A stretch of 20,088 nt of DNA from an uncultured Deinococcales bacterium. GTDB taxonomy: Bacteria; Deinococcota; Deinococci; Deinococcales; JAAFIG01. The stretch covers positions 1-20,088 of the forward strand of contig CAXTKV010000087.1 of assembly GCA_964244895.1 (NCBI GenBank), in the 5' to 3' direction. Below the pieces are notes generated by a model that worked only from the letters and a program-made list of their open reading frames with translations, did no database searches and was not told where the DNA came from. This document shows positions 6,689 to 15,743 of this stretch, in pieces. Position numbers and translations under genes: made by a program. Positions within the stretch are counted from its first letter, which is position 1, and every line of letters starts with the position of its first letter.

Positions 6689-9196
6689 ATGCGGCGAACT
6701 GATCGACCTGCGGCTCAGAAACCTGATCGACATCTCGCCCGTCAAAGTTCAAACAACCAACTGGCCAACCGCGAAGCCTCCGAAATTCACGGTTCAGCGC
6801 ACGAGATACAGTCGTTTCGGCATGGTTTGAGGCTCGAACATCTACCGGAAGTCAGGAGCAGCGTGATCGTTGATCGTCCGCATTTCAGCCTTCCGATGGC
6901 TCCGCCCGATCCATTTATTGGTCGGACGCTCGAGTTGCAAACCATGCGGAACTTGTTTGGCGAGACGACGCGCTTGATCACGGTTGTTGGCCCCGGCGGG
7001 GTCGGTAAGACGCGTCTGGCGCTCGAGTTCGTGCAGACGATCGGGGCAGCCTTCAAGGATGGCGTCTGGTTCGTGGACTTGAGCGCGATCAACGATGTCG
7101 AACACGCACTAACCGCGCTCACAGGCGCAATGCGGCTGCAGTTGCGCGAAGATCAGGTGCGCCAGGGCTTGTCGAATTTCCTGCGATCCAGAGAGATTCT
7201 GCTGGTGCTGGACAACCTCGAGCAGATTCCGAACGTGAGCCGGGAAGTGGCGGGGTTGCTGGCGGACGCCCCGAGTTTGAAGATCGTGGCCACGAGCCGT
7301 CAACCGTTGATGATCAGAGGCGAGCAACGCTACCCGCTCAAGGCGCTGGGCTTGCCCGACGAAACATCCGATCCAGAGGCCATCTCGAGCGCTCTGGCGG
7401 TCGAATTGCTGGTTTGCCGGGCGCGCGCCATCCGATCCGATTTCAAGTTGACCGCGCAGAACACGATGGCGGTCGCGCAGTTGTGCCGGGCGCTGGACGG
7501 TTTGCCGCTCGCGTTGGAACTCGCGGCGGCGCACTTGGATACGATGTCTCCGGGATCGCTGTTGCGGCATTTGCACGAACACCAGGACTTGCCCATCAGC
7601 CGGGACCGGGACAGGCCCGCTCGGCAGCGTTCGTTGATGGCTTCAGCCCGCTGGAGCTACGAGCTCCTGGATGCGCCGGATCGTTTCTTGTTTCGTCAGC
7701 TCGGCATTCTGACCGATGATTTCGGGCTCGAGGTGATCGAGGCGCTGACCTGCGAAGAACGCCCCGACACGCTCGAGGCGCTGGTTCGGCTGGTGGATCG
7801 GCACCTGATCGAACCGAACCGATCGGGTGCCGAAATGCGTTTTTGCATTCCTGAAACCCTGAGGGCTTTCGCGCTCGAGCAACTTTTCCGGATGGGTGAA
7901 CTCGACGCAGCTCAGGCGCTCCACGCGAAGTTCTTCGTTGGCTTTACCGAAAAAGCCAGCCTTCACCTGCACGGCGCCGAAGGGCAGGTCTGGCTGGAAC
8001 GGCTCGATCACGAAGCGCGCAACTTGCAGACGACCCTGAGCTGGTGCTTTCAGGGCGACGCGCAACTCGGCGTGCGGTTGTGCCTGGCGCTCGGTGTGTA
8101 CTGGACGATCCGGGGCGATTCCAACCAGGGACGGGATTGGTTGATGCGGGCGCTCGAGCACGCGCCGGAGCCGAGCGCCGTGCGAGCGCAACTGCTGAAT
8201 AGCCTCGAAGACCTGGCGGTGATCGCGGGCAACATCGAGAGCGCTGCGGCCTTCGCCGAGGAAGCCGCCTCGATCTGGTTGTTGCTCGAGCGCGCGCAGG
8301 AAAGTTTCAAGGGGCTGACTTCGTTGGCCAGGGCAGCCTGGTATCGCGGGGCGTTTGATCGCGCCGCACAGATTTTCGAACGGGCGCTCGACCTGAATCG
8401 CAGTCCACGGTACGACACGCCGCACATCAGGGCGCTGATCGGTCTGGCCAGCATTCATTTGCAAAGCGGCTCGTTCGAGCGGGCCGCCGCCTTGTTGAAC
8501 GAAAGTTTGCAGGTGGCCCGCAAACAAAGCGACTGGTACGCGGCCATTTCGATTCTTTGCGATCTGGGCTGGTTGCGAGCGCGGTTGGACGATCCGATTC
8601 AGGCGGCCAAGCTGCTGCTCGAGGGGCTGGAACTGGCCCGATCCTGGCAGGACACGCCGCACTTGGTGCTGATCCTCGAACACTTGGCGCTGGTCGCCAC
8701 GAAACAGAATTTGCCGGAGCTGGCGTTGCGATTGCACGCCTGCTGCACCGCACAGATCGAGGTTTGCGGTCTTCGGCTCGAGCCGGCCCGATTCGCGGAG
8801 CGCGATGCGCGGCTCGAGGCTCTGCGCGTTCAGGTGAGCGCAGCGGTGTTTCAGGACGCGATGCGAGAAGGGGCTCAACTGAGCTTGCTGGATGTCGAAC
8901 GCGTCTGGGTTTCGGCGCTCGAACAGGCGCCCGCCCTCAGCGCATCACCGAAGGAACTCAGGCTTCGTCACGTCGAACTGAGCCCCAGAGAACTCGAGGT
9001 GTTGCAGTACGTGGCGACCGGTGAAACCACGAAAAAGATCGCGCTGATGCTCGGCGTTTCACCCAGCACGGTGCGCTTCCACGTGGAATCGATCTTCCGA
9101 AAGCTCTTGTGTCACACGCGCGCCGAGGCGGTGCGCTTGGCCTCCGAGAACGGTTTGCTGGCCTCGATCGAGCCGAAATCGGCGATCAATGACTGA
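6689..9196 (+). CDS. STAND-type regulator: NB-ARC-like ATPase, TPR region and C-terminal LuxR HTH
   Basis: FIGR, Walker A GPGGVGKT, Walker B LLVLDN, LDGLPLALELAA, helical repeats and LSPRELEVL...IALMLGVSPSTVRFHVESIFRKL. The start could be later (GTG 6863). Confidence 0.92.
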   Translation: MRRTDRPAAQKPDRHLARQSSNNQLANREASEIHGSAHEIQSFRHGLRLEHLPEVRSSVIVDRPHFSLPMAPPDPFIGRTLELQTMRNLFGETTRLITVVGPGGVGKTRLALEFVQTIGAAFKDGVWFVDLSAINDVEHALTALTGAMRLQLREDQVRQGLSNFLRSREILLVLDNLEQIPNVSREVAGLLADAPSLKIVATSRQPLMIRGEQRYPLKALGLPDETSDPEAISSALAVELLVCRARAIRSDFKLTAQNTMAVAQLCRALDGLPLALELAAAHLDTMSPGSLLRHLHEHQDLPISRDRDRPARQRSLMASARWSYELLDAPDRFLFRQLGILTDDFGLEVIEALTCEERPDTLEALVRLVDRHLIEPNRSGAEMRFCIPETLRAFALEQLFRMGELDAAQALHAKFFVGFTEKASLHLHGAEGQVWLERLDHEARNLQTTLSWCFQGDAQLGVRLCLALGVYWTIRGDSNQGRDWLMRALEHAPEPSAVRAQLLNSLEDLAVIAGNIESAAAFAEEAASIWLLLERAQESFKGLTSLARAAWYRGAFDRAAQIFERALDLNRSPRYDTPHIRALIGLASIHLQSGSFERAAALLNESLQVARKQSDWYAAISILCDLGWLRARLDDPIQAAKLLLEGLELARSWQDTPHLVLILEHLALVATKQNLPELALRLHACCTAQIEVCGLRLEPARFAERDARLEALRVQVSAAVFQDAMREGAQLSLLDVERVWVSALEQAPALSASPKELRLRHVELSPRELEVLQYVATGETTKKIALMLGVSPSTVRFHVESIFRKLLCHTRAEAVRLASENGLLASIEPKSAIND

Positions 9197-9369
9197 TCCC
9201 GAGAAATCCAGGATGGCCTGAATTGTTTTCTCGAGGGCTTCAAAAAGCATCGGCGCACATTCTGTCTTGAGCCCGACGTAGGCTCGAGGTACTGCTCGAG
9301 CGGAGGCCCAAACCGTTCTTCTCGAGCGTGGGCGCGGAGGGCGGAACGTTTCGGCTCCGGCGCGAAACC

Positions 9370-9413
9370 CGAGCATGAAACCCCAGAATGCTCTGGGGTT
9401 TCAATTGTGCTCG
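9370..9413. other. Strong hairpin (possible terminator or processing stem)
   Basis: TGAAACCCCAGA-ATGC-TCTGGGGTTTCA perfect 12-bp stem, extended by CGAGCA/TGCTCG. Confidence 0.6.
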
Positions 9414-9435
9414 AACAACACGCACGTCGCTCGAG

Positions 9436-9607
9436 CACGACCTCTGGGCGCATCTGGCCCTTCGGTGACGCGACCTGGCAGGAGATCGCGTTTCCCCAGG
9501 TCCGTTCAAGTGGCCTGGGATCGCCCGAGGTACCGCCGGGGAAGACGTACCGACGGGCTGCGTTCAGGATGTCACGGGATGAACGCTTCGCGCGGTGAAA
9601 GATCACG
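9436..9607 (-). ncRNA. Candidate multibranched structured RNA of unknown family
   Basis: Five closely spaced hairpins inside a closing helix; the helix mismatches are C-A on plus and G-U on minus. See findings. Confidence 0.45.
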
Positions 9608-9688
9608 AAATCTGCTCGAGCCCGCCCTTGCTTCGCTTCGGGCGTCCGTCTCGAGATCGGGCGGGTTTTTACGGGCTTACGAACCAAC

Positions 9689-9734
9689 AACACCATCCAG
9701 CACGCAACAATAAAGTCGCGTGCTGGACGGTGTT
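9689..9734. repeat. REP-like inverted pair
   Basis: AACACCATCCAGCACGC (9689-9705) and GCGTGCTGGACGGTGTT (9718-9734). Confidence 0.75.
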
Positions 9735-9829
9735 CTCAAATCTCAACACAACGCGAAACCCCGCTCGGGCGTGCGGCAGCGCGCCAGCCCATCACCGCGC
9801 CGTGATCTACTCGAAGCCAGGAGGTGTTC

Positions 9830-11134
9830 GTGAAACACCCTCGAATCTGGTGGCTGACGGTCACCGTATTGATCTGCTCTGGCCCTCTAGCGCGCGCACA
9901 GGATGGCAATTTCTTTGAGATTCGCGGTCTGTTCCCACCCGAAGGTGGGCAGTTCAGCGCCGCCCCCGCGCTCGACGCGGCGGTGCGCTTGCCGGTCGCG
10001 GATCTGGGCATTTTCGATCTGCGCTTGACCAACCTGACGTTCGTTCGGCAGCGCGTCCAGGCGCAGTTCTCGGCTGAAGCCGCATTTTTTGGCTTGACGT
10101 TTCGCAACGAACCCGGCGAGGAATTGAACGCCCGCGCGCTCGAGCTGAACGCCATCGGCGCGTACAAGAATCCGAGCGACGATCCGGTCGCAATTTTTCG
10201 CGGTCTGACGCTGGCGTACTCGCTCGATACGGACACCAGCCCAGCTGCCGGTTACAGCCTGCAATCCGGTCAGGCAGACGCAGAGGGCGACATCGTTCAG
10301 GACTGGAACTGGAGCCTGGGGTATTCGCTGGCCAACAGTTTGATTCCGACCAATCTGGGGCTCGAGCACGACCTGCAGAGCTGGGTCAGAACCACCGCCT
10401 TCAAACCCATCGGGCTGGGCGTGGGGTTGGGGTACACCATCAAGGATCAGCGTTTCGCGCTCAAGGGGTCGCTCGAGGGCAGCTACGAGATCACACCGTT
10501 GGATACGCTCGGGTTGCGCTTGACCCTGACGACCGCGCCCGGTGATGCCGAAGAACTCTTTTACGACACCAGCCGCTTCGATCCGTTCACCATCAGCCTG
10601 AAAATTGGGCGCAGCAGCGAAGCCTTCGTGACCTGGGGCGGCAGCATCTCGACCGGCGATGGTTTGCAATTCAGCCTCAGTTACGACGGGCAGGCGGGCG
10701 CTCAGGCGATCCACGCGCTCGATCTGGGCGTCGGTTACGCGGGCGGTGCGGGCCGCGTCAACCTGCGCGGCGGGGTTCGCGCCGAACTCGATCCCAAGAC
10801 CGGGTTGTGGTACGCGCGGCTCGATGGGCAACTGGCGGCGAACCTGAGCCTGGACGCCTTCAATCTCGAGGCCATCGGTCAGATCAACTTTTCACCGCTC
10901 GCGATGATCGGGCGTTTCACGGCCAACGGGACGTGGTTGATCCCGCCGTTTGCGGTGCTTTTGAGCGCCGATTTTCGTTTCCAGAAGGCTGTCACCGGCG
11001 AGGCGTCCGTGCAGGGCCTGTACTTTTTCCTGCCGGGCATCGCGGTCAACCTGACCGGTTTTTACCGCGCGCAACCGGTCTGGGAAGGGCCGTCGGGTTT
11101 CGGCGTGGGTCTGGGGTTGATGGCGACGTTCTGA
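9830..11134 (+). CDS. Predicted outer-membrane beta-barrel protein of unknown function
   Basis: AGGAGG at 9819-9824 before GTG 9830; signal peptide ending ARA-Q; many alternating amphipathic beta strands; C-terminal FGVGLGLMATF beta-signal. Confidence 0.8.
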   Translation: MKHPRIWWLTVTVLICSGPLARAQDGNFFEIRGLFPPEGGQFSAAPALDAAVRLPVADLGIFDLRLTNLTFVRQRVQAQFSAEAAFFGLTFRNEPGEELNARALELNAIGAYKNPSDDPVAIFRGLTLAYSLDTDTSPAAGYSLQSGQADAEGDIVQDWNWSLGYSLANSLIPTNLGLEHDLQSWVRTTAFKPIGLGVGLGYTIKDQRFALKGSLEGSYEITPLDTLGLRLTLTTAPGDAEELFYDTSRFDPFTISLKIGRSSEAFVTWGGSISTGDGLQFSLSYDGQAGAQAIHALDLGVGYAGGAGRVNLRGGVRAELDPKTGLWYARLDGQLAANLSLDAFNLEAIGQINFSPLAMIGRFTANGTWLIPPFAVLLSADFRFQKAVTGEASVQGLYFFLPGIAVNLTGFYRAQPVWEGPSGFGVGLGLMATF

Positions 11135-11338
11135 AATCCGAACACTCGTCCCGGAACCGTTCTGCACGCGTTTTCTTGAGGTTCAAGGATGCTGTCCTGC
11201 GCGGTCTTCGCCGGGGGATGCGGATCTCGAACCCAGCGGTTCGGGCGCTCGAGCTACCCAAAACGCACTGGGTAAGGTCTGTGCCGGGAGGCTTTTCGAC
11301 TCGCGAGCGGCGCCATTCGCTCTGACTCGGGCCGAGTC

Positions 11339-11367
11339 TTGACAAAGCGAAGCCAAATACGCATGAT
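11339..11367 (+). promoter_or_regulatory. Sigma-70-type promoter of the ROK/ABC operon
   Basis: TTGACA-17 nt-CATGAT. Confidence 0.7.
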
Positions 11368-11372
11368 CTGTT

Positions 11373-11397
11373 TTAGTTAAATAAGCTTCTTAACAAT
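11373..11397. promoter_or_regulatory. Probable ROK (XylR-like) operator
   Basis: TTAGTT-N13-AACAAT containing the GTTAA-N9-TTAAC dyad, just downstream of the -10 box; resembles XylR-type boxes. Confidence 0.55.
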
Positions 11398-11411
11398 CTT
11401 CTCGGTGAACC

Positions 11412-12449
11412 GTGAGCGAACCCCGCAACCTGCGCCTGATCAACCGCTCGCGGCTCCTGGAGCAGATCTTCGAGCGCGGCGTGACCTCACGATCCGAGAT
11501 CGCAAAATCGATTGAGCTCTCCAAGGTGACCGTCGCCAGCATCGTCAGTGATCTGCTCGAGGAAGGCTGGTTGGTCGAATCGGGACGCACGGAAGGCGCT
11601 ACGGGACGCCCCGCCGGACTGGTCGAGCTTCATCCGAAAGCCGGGACGGTCATCGGACTGGACGTGCAACCAGGAACCATTCGGGTCGCGCTGAGCGACC
11701 TGTGCGGCCTGGAAATATGCGAACGACAAAAATTGTTCAGATCGCGCAAACGCGTCAACCAGACCATCATCGAGTTGCTCGAGATCGCGCTCGAGGAAGC
11801 CCTACACGGACCATTGCGCCAGGTCGCGATCGCCGTTCCCGCACCGGTGGGTGCGGACAACCTGCCGCTCGAGCCGACCAACTTTCACGAATTCGATGCC
11901 CGGGCCATCGGCGATTGGTGCGTCCAGCGCGACCTGAGCCTGTTTCTCGAGAACGACGCCAAACTGGCCGCGCTGGCGGAATTCGAGCGCGGCGTGGCCG
12001 CCAATACGCACAGCTTCGCGCTGCTGACCGAACGCGAGACGGGCGTCGGGCTGGGTCTGTTCCTGGGCGCGCGCGCCTATCGCGGCGAACACGGGCGAGC
12101 GGGCGAGATCGCGCTGATGCGCTGGCCTTACAAGGGCAAGCTCGTGCTGCTCGAGGAACTGCCGTTGCCCGCCCGAGAGACGGCGCTGGCGCAACTCGTC
12201 GGCGGTCTGGCGGTCGCGCTCGACCTGAGCCTGATTTTGGTGCATCAGGGCTCGAGCGGCGCGGCGGCGCTCGAACTCGAACCGTCCTTGCGCGAACTGG
12301 TGCCCTCGCCGATCCGCATCGAAAAAAGCCTGTTCGGTGATCGCGGCCCCGTTCTGGGCGCGATGCTCGAGGCCAGCCGTCTGGCGCGCGACTGGTTGAT
12401 CCACCAACACCCGCTCGAACCGCCCACTTTTACCCGAGGCTCGAGATGA
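11412..12449 (+). CDS. ROK-family transcriptional repressor
   Basis: NLRLINRSRLL, wHTH SRSEIAKSIELSKVTVASIVSDLLEEGWL, GRP, LENDAKLAALAE, GVGLGL and GRAGEI motifs. Confidence 0.9.
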   Translation: MSEPRNLRLINRSRLLEQIFERGVTSRSEIAKSIELSKVTVASIVSDLLEEGWLVESGRTEGATGRPAGLVELHPKAGTVIGLDVQPGTIRVALSDLCGLEICERQKLFRSRKRVNQTIIELLEIALEEALHGPLRQVAIAVPAPVGADNLPLEPTNFHEFDARAIGDWCVQRDLSLFLENDAKLAALAEFERGVAANTHSFALLTERETGVGLGLFLGARAYRGEHGRAGEIALMRWPYKGKLVLLEELPLPARETALAQLVGGLAVALDLSLILVHQGSSGAAALELEPSLRELVPSPIRIEKSLFGDRGPVLGAMLEASRLARDWLIHQHPLEPPTFTRGSR

Positions 12450-12508
12450 AGCGGTCGATCGACTGGTTTTACCCGTCCGAAAAGAGCCCTGTGGCTCGGG
12501 AGGTTCGT

Positions 12509-13759
12509 ATGAAACAGGCTGCACGCATCGCACTCGCCGCACTGCTGACCGGAGCTGGACTCGCGCTCTTTGGCGTGTCCAGGGGTCAGGAACCCGTCAC
12601 GCTGAACGCGCTCTTCATGAAGCAAGCCTCGTACAGCGAGGACGACGTGAAATCCATGACCGCCGATTTTGAGAAGGCCAATCCCGGCGTCAAGGTCAAC
12701 CTCGAGTTCGTGCCCTACGAGGCCCTGCGCGACAAGACCATCGCGGCGCAAGCCTCGAACGGCTACGATGTCGTGCTCTTCGACGCGGTCTGGCCGCCCG
12801 AGTACGCCACCAACGGCTTTCTGGTCGATGTCTCGAGCCGCATCAACAAATCCGACATCACCAAAATCTTCGATGGCGCTTGGACGACCGTGCAGTACGA
12901 CGGCAAGTACTACGGGCTGCCGTGGATTCTGGACACGAAGTACCTTTTTTACAACACCGAGATCCTCAAAAAAGCCGGTATCAAGGCCCCACCGACGACC
13001 TTCCAGGAGTTGATGGCGCAATCCGAGATCATCAAGAAAAAAGGGCTCGTCAAGTACCCGCTGGTCTCGAGCTGGGCCCAGGCGGAAGCGCTGATGGCGG
13101 ACTACACGGTCTACCTGAGCGCCTTCGGCGGCAAGTTTCTGGACGCGAACGGCGCACCCGCCTTCCAGACGGGCGGCGGCCTCAAAGCGCTCGAGTGGAT
13201 GGTCGATTCGGTCAAGAAGGGGATTTCCAATCCGAACAGCAAAGAATATTTAGAAGAGGATGTCAGGCGCGTGTTCTCGAGCGGTCAGGCGGCCTTCGCC
13301 TTGAACTGGACGTACATGTACAACCTCGCCCAGGATAAAAAAGAATCGAAGATCGTCGGCAAGGTCGGGATCGCGCCCGGACCGCGCGGTGACGGCACGA
13401 AGGTTGGCTCCGTCAACGGCTCGATGGGCTTGGGCGTGACCTCCGGCAGCCAGCACCTCGAGGAAGCCTGGAAGTACGTGACGTTCCTGACCAGCAAGCC
13501 CGTCCAGGAAAAGTACGCGAAGCTTTCCCTGCCGATCTGGAAGGCGTCCTACACCAGCCCCGCCGTCACCAAGGGCCAGGAATCGATCATCAAGGCCGCC
13601 AACGTCAGCATCGGCGCGATGTACCCCCGCCCGGCGGTCGTGAAATACCAGGAAATCAGCACGATCCTGCAAAAAGCCTTGCAGACCGCGATCCTCGGTA
13701 AGGCCAGTCCGAAGGCCGCCCTCGAAGACGCGGCCAAGCAGATCACCGCATTGAAGTGA
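12509..13759 (+). CDS. CUT1 sugar ABC transporter substrate-binding protein
   Basis: GGAGG RBS before ATG 12509; signal peptide; FEKANPGVKVNLE, YDGKYYGLPW and LFYNTEILKKAGIKAPPTT motifs. Confidence 0.93.
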   Translation: MKQAARIALAALLTGAGLALFGVSRGQEPVTLNALFMKQASYSEDDVKSMTADFEKANPGVKVNLEFVPYEALRDKTIAAQASNGYDVVLFDAVWPPEYATNGFLVDVSSRINKSDITKIFDGAWTTVQYDGKYYGLPWILDTKYLFYNTEILKKAGIKAPPTTFQELMAQSEIIKKKGLVKYPLVSSWAQAEALMADYTVYLSAFGGKFLDANGAPAFQTGGGLKALEWMVDSVKKGISNPNSKEYLEEDVRRVFSSGQAAFALNWTYMYNLAQDKKESKIVGKVGIAPGPRGDGTKVGSVNGSMGLGVTSGSQHLEEAWKYVTFLTSKPVQEKYAKLSLPIWKASYTSPAVTKGQESIIKAANVSIGAMYPRPAVVKYQEISTILQKALQTAILGKASPKAALEDAAKQITALK

Positions 13760-13766
13760 CGCGACA

Positions 13767-13818
13767 AACACCGTCTGGAACAACCCCCAAGAACACCGTC
13801 CTGGACGGTGTTCTTGGG
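13767..13818. repeat. REP-like palindrome after the binding-protein gene
   Basis: Perfect 16-bp CCCAAGAACACCGTCC-T-GGACGGTGTTCTTGGG (13786-13818) plus half copy AACACCGTCTGG. Confidence 0.8.
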
Positions 13819-13853
13819 AAATCAAAGGTTCGACGCGATGTTCGAGGAGCCAC

Positions 13854-14738
13854 GTGACGCAGCGACGTGACAACGCGACCGCCTGGCTGATGCTCGCGCC
13901 CGTCCTGGTGATCGTGCTGGGCGCAATCGGCTACCCGCTCGTGCGGACGCTCCTCTTGAGCTTCACCGACGCGCGCCTGACCGCGTTTCGCGTCGCACCG
14001 AACTTCGTCGGCCTGACCAATTACGCCAGGGCGTTAACCAACCCGGATTTCCAGGCCGCGGCGGGTCGCACCGCCTATTTTGTGATCGTCAACATCAGCC
14101 TCGAGTTGACGCTCGGCGTGCTCGTCGGCTTGCTCTTGAACCAATCGTTTCGCGGTCGGGCCTGGGTGCGCGTGCTGCTGGTCGTGCCGCTCGCGCTGCC
14201 CACGGTGGTCAGCGCGATCATGTGGCGCTGGATTTACAACCCGGAATTTGGCGCGCTGAACGCCTTGCTGACGCAATTGCACGCCATTCCCGCCTACCAG
14301 TCCTGGCTCGGCGAGCCGAACATCGCCATGAACATGGTGATCCTGGCCGATGTCTGGAAGAACTACCCGCTGGTTTCGTTGGTGGTGCTGGCGGCCCTGC
14401 AACTCGTGCCCAAGGAACTCTACGAAGCCGCCCAGGTGGACGGTGCGGGCATCTGGATGCGCTTCTGGCGCGTCACCTGGCCCGGCATCCTGCCCAGCTT
14501 GAGCGTCGCCATCGTGTTGCGCACGATCGAGTGCGTCAAGGTCTTCGACATCGTTTACGTCATGACGCGCGGCGGCCCGGCGGACGCCACGAAAACCCTC
14601 AGTTTCAGCGTCTACGACGAGGGCTTCCGGTTCTTGCGCGCAGGTTCCGGGGCGGCCTACGCGTATCTGGTCGTGTGCCTGAGCGCGATCCTGATCGTGA
14701 CCTACCTGCGCTTGCTGCAACGCCAGGAGCGCAGGTGA
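13854..14738 (+). CDS. Sugar ABC permease (MalF/UgpA-like)
   Basis: GAGGAG RBS; FVGLTNY; EAA loop LYEAAQVDGA; TRGGP. Confidence 0.93.
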   Translation: MTQRRDNATAWLMLAPVLVIVLGAIGYPLVRTLLLSFTDARLTAFRVAPNFVGLTNYARALTNPDFQAAAGRTAYFVIVNISLELTLGVLVGLLLNQSFRGRAWVRVLLVVPLALPTVVSAIMWRWIYNPEFGALNALLTQLHAIPAYQSWLGEPNIAMNMVILADVWKNYPLVSLVVLAALQLVPKELYEAAQVDGAGIWMRFWRVTWPGILPSLSVAIVLRTIECVKVFDIVYVMTRGGPADATKTLSFSVYDEGFRFLRAGSGAAYAYLVVCLSAILIVTYLRLLQRQERR

Positions 14739-15589
14739 ACGCCCGAACCCGGAAAACCCTGGAAAGCGGCCTGATTTACGTCGGCATCGCGCTGTTCGTG
14801 CTGACGACGCTCGCGCCCGTGGTGTGGCTGTTGATCTCGAGCGTCTCGAGCACCAACGACCTGACGACGCTACCGCTCAAATGGCTCCCGCAGAAATTCG
14901 ACCTATCGAGGTACGCGGTGCTGCTCTCCAGCGATCCGAACGGTCCGTTCGCGGGCTTCTTGTACGCCCTCAGGAACAGCCTCGCGACCGTACTCGGCAG
15001 CGTCGCGATTTCGCTTCTGGCCTCCATCCCCGCCGGGTACAGCTTCTCGAGGTTCACGGGGCGGCGATCCAACCTGCTCTACGTCGTGCTGGGCACGTAC
15101 ATGATTCCGCCGGTGGCGCTGATCTTGCCGCTTTACGCGATCCTGGCCAGCCTGAAGTTACTCAACACGACCCTGGGATTGGTGCTGGTCTACTGCACGA
15201 TCCTGACGCCGTTCACGACCTGGCTGCTGAAAACCAACTTCGATGGCGTGCCCCTTGAAATCGAGGAAGCCGCGCAACTCGACGGCCTCTCGCGCTGGGG
15301 CGTGCTGCTGCGCGTGACCCTGCCGCTCGCGCTGCCGGGGCTGACCACGGCGGCGGTCTGGGCGATCCTGATGGGCTGGGACGAATTCTTTTACGCGCTG
15401 ATCTTCACCAACAACATCAACGCCAAAACCATCCCCGTCGCCATCGCAGATTTTGCAGCGGGCCGCGCCGTGGACTACGGACTGATCTGCACAGCGGGCG
15501 TGCTGGCCGCGTTACCACCCGTGATCATCGGATTCTTATTGCAAAAAGGATTGCTTTCCGGGTTGACGGCGGGCAGCGTCAAAGGCTGA
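14735..15589 (+). CDS. Sugar ABC permease (MalG/UgpE-like)
   Basis: GTGA overlap with the upstream stop; NSL; EAA loop IEEAAQLDG; C-terminal GLTAGSVKG. Confidence 0.93.
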   Translation: MNARTRKTLESGLIYVGIALFVLTTLAPVVWLLISSVSSTNDLTTLPLKWLPQKFDLSRYAVLLSSDPNGPFAGFLYALRNSLATVLGSVAISLLASIPAGYSFSRFTGRRSNLLYVVLGTYMIPPVALILPLYAILASLKLLNTTLGLVLVYCTILTPFTTWLLKTNFDGVPLEIEEAAQLDGLSRWGVLLRVTLPLALPGLTTAAVWAILMGWDEFFYALIFTNNINAKTIPVAIADFAAGRAVDYGLICTAGVLAALPPVIIGFLLQKGLLSGLTAGSVKG

Positions 15590-15608
15590 TCATCACAGCG
15601 GATTGAAC

Positions 15609-15634
15609 CAAGCTCGAGATGCGTCTCGAGCTTG
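15609..15634. other. Hairpin at the end of the ABC operon
   Basis: CAAGCTCGAGA-TGCG-TCTCGAGCTTG perfect 11-bp stem; only a weak U tail. Confidence 0.5.
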
Positions 15635-15684
15635 TGCCGCGTTCGTTCAATGTGCAGGCCAGGTTCAACAGTTCAAAAGTGGAC

Positions 15685-15722
15685 AAAAAAAGAGAGCAAG
15701 TGACAAAGTCACTTACTCTCTT
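15685..15722 (-). terminator. Intrinsic terminator of the HAD gene
   Basis: AAGAGAGCAAGTGAC-AAA-GTCACTTACTCTCTT stem (the mismatch is G-U on minus); the A run at 15685-15691 gives the U tract. Confidence 0.8.
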
Positions 15723-15743
15723 CCTCCTCAATTCAAGACCGTT

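Noticed and set aside
9436..9520. Glycine riboswitch (GGGGAAA...CACCGAAGG on minus) or tRNA/Y-RNA T-arm (GTTCAAGT on plus)
   Set aside because: The glycine aptamer CUCUCAGG element is missing and no gene follows on minus; the T-arm lacks the closing G-C pair.
9059..9918. Several 60-190 aa ORFs in the regulator/beta-barrel spacer
   Set aside because: Arg/Pro/Ser-rich shadow ORFs typical of GC-rich DNA; the region is better explained by RNA structure and repeats.
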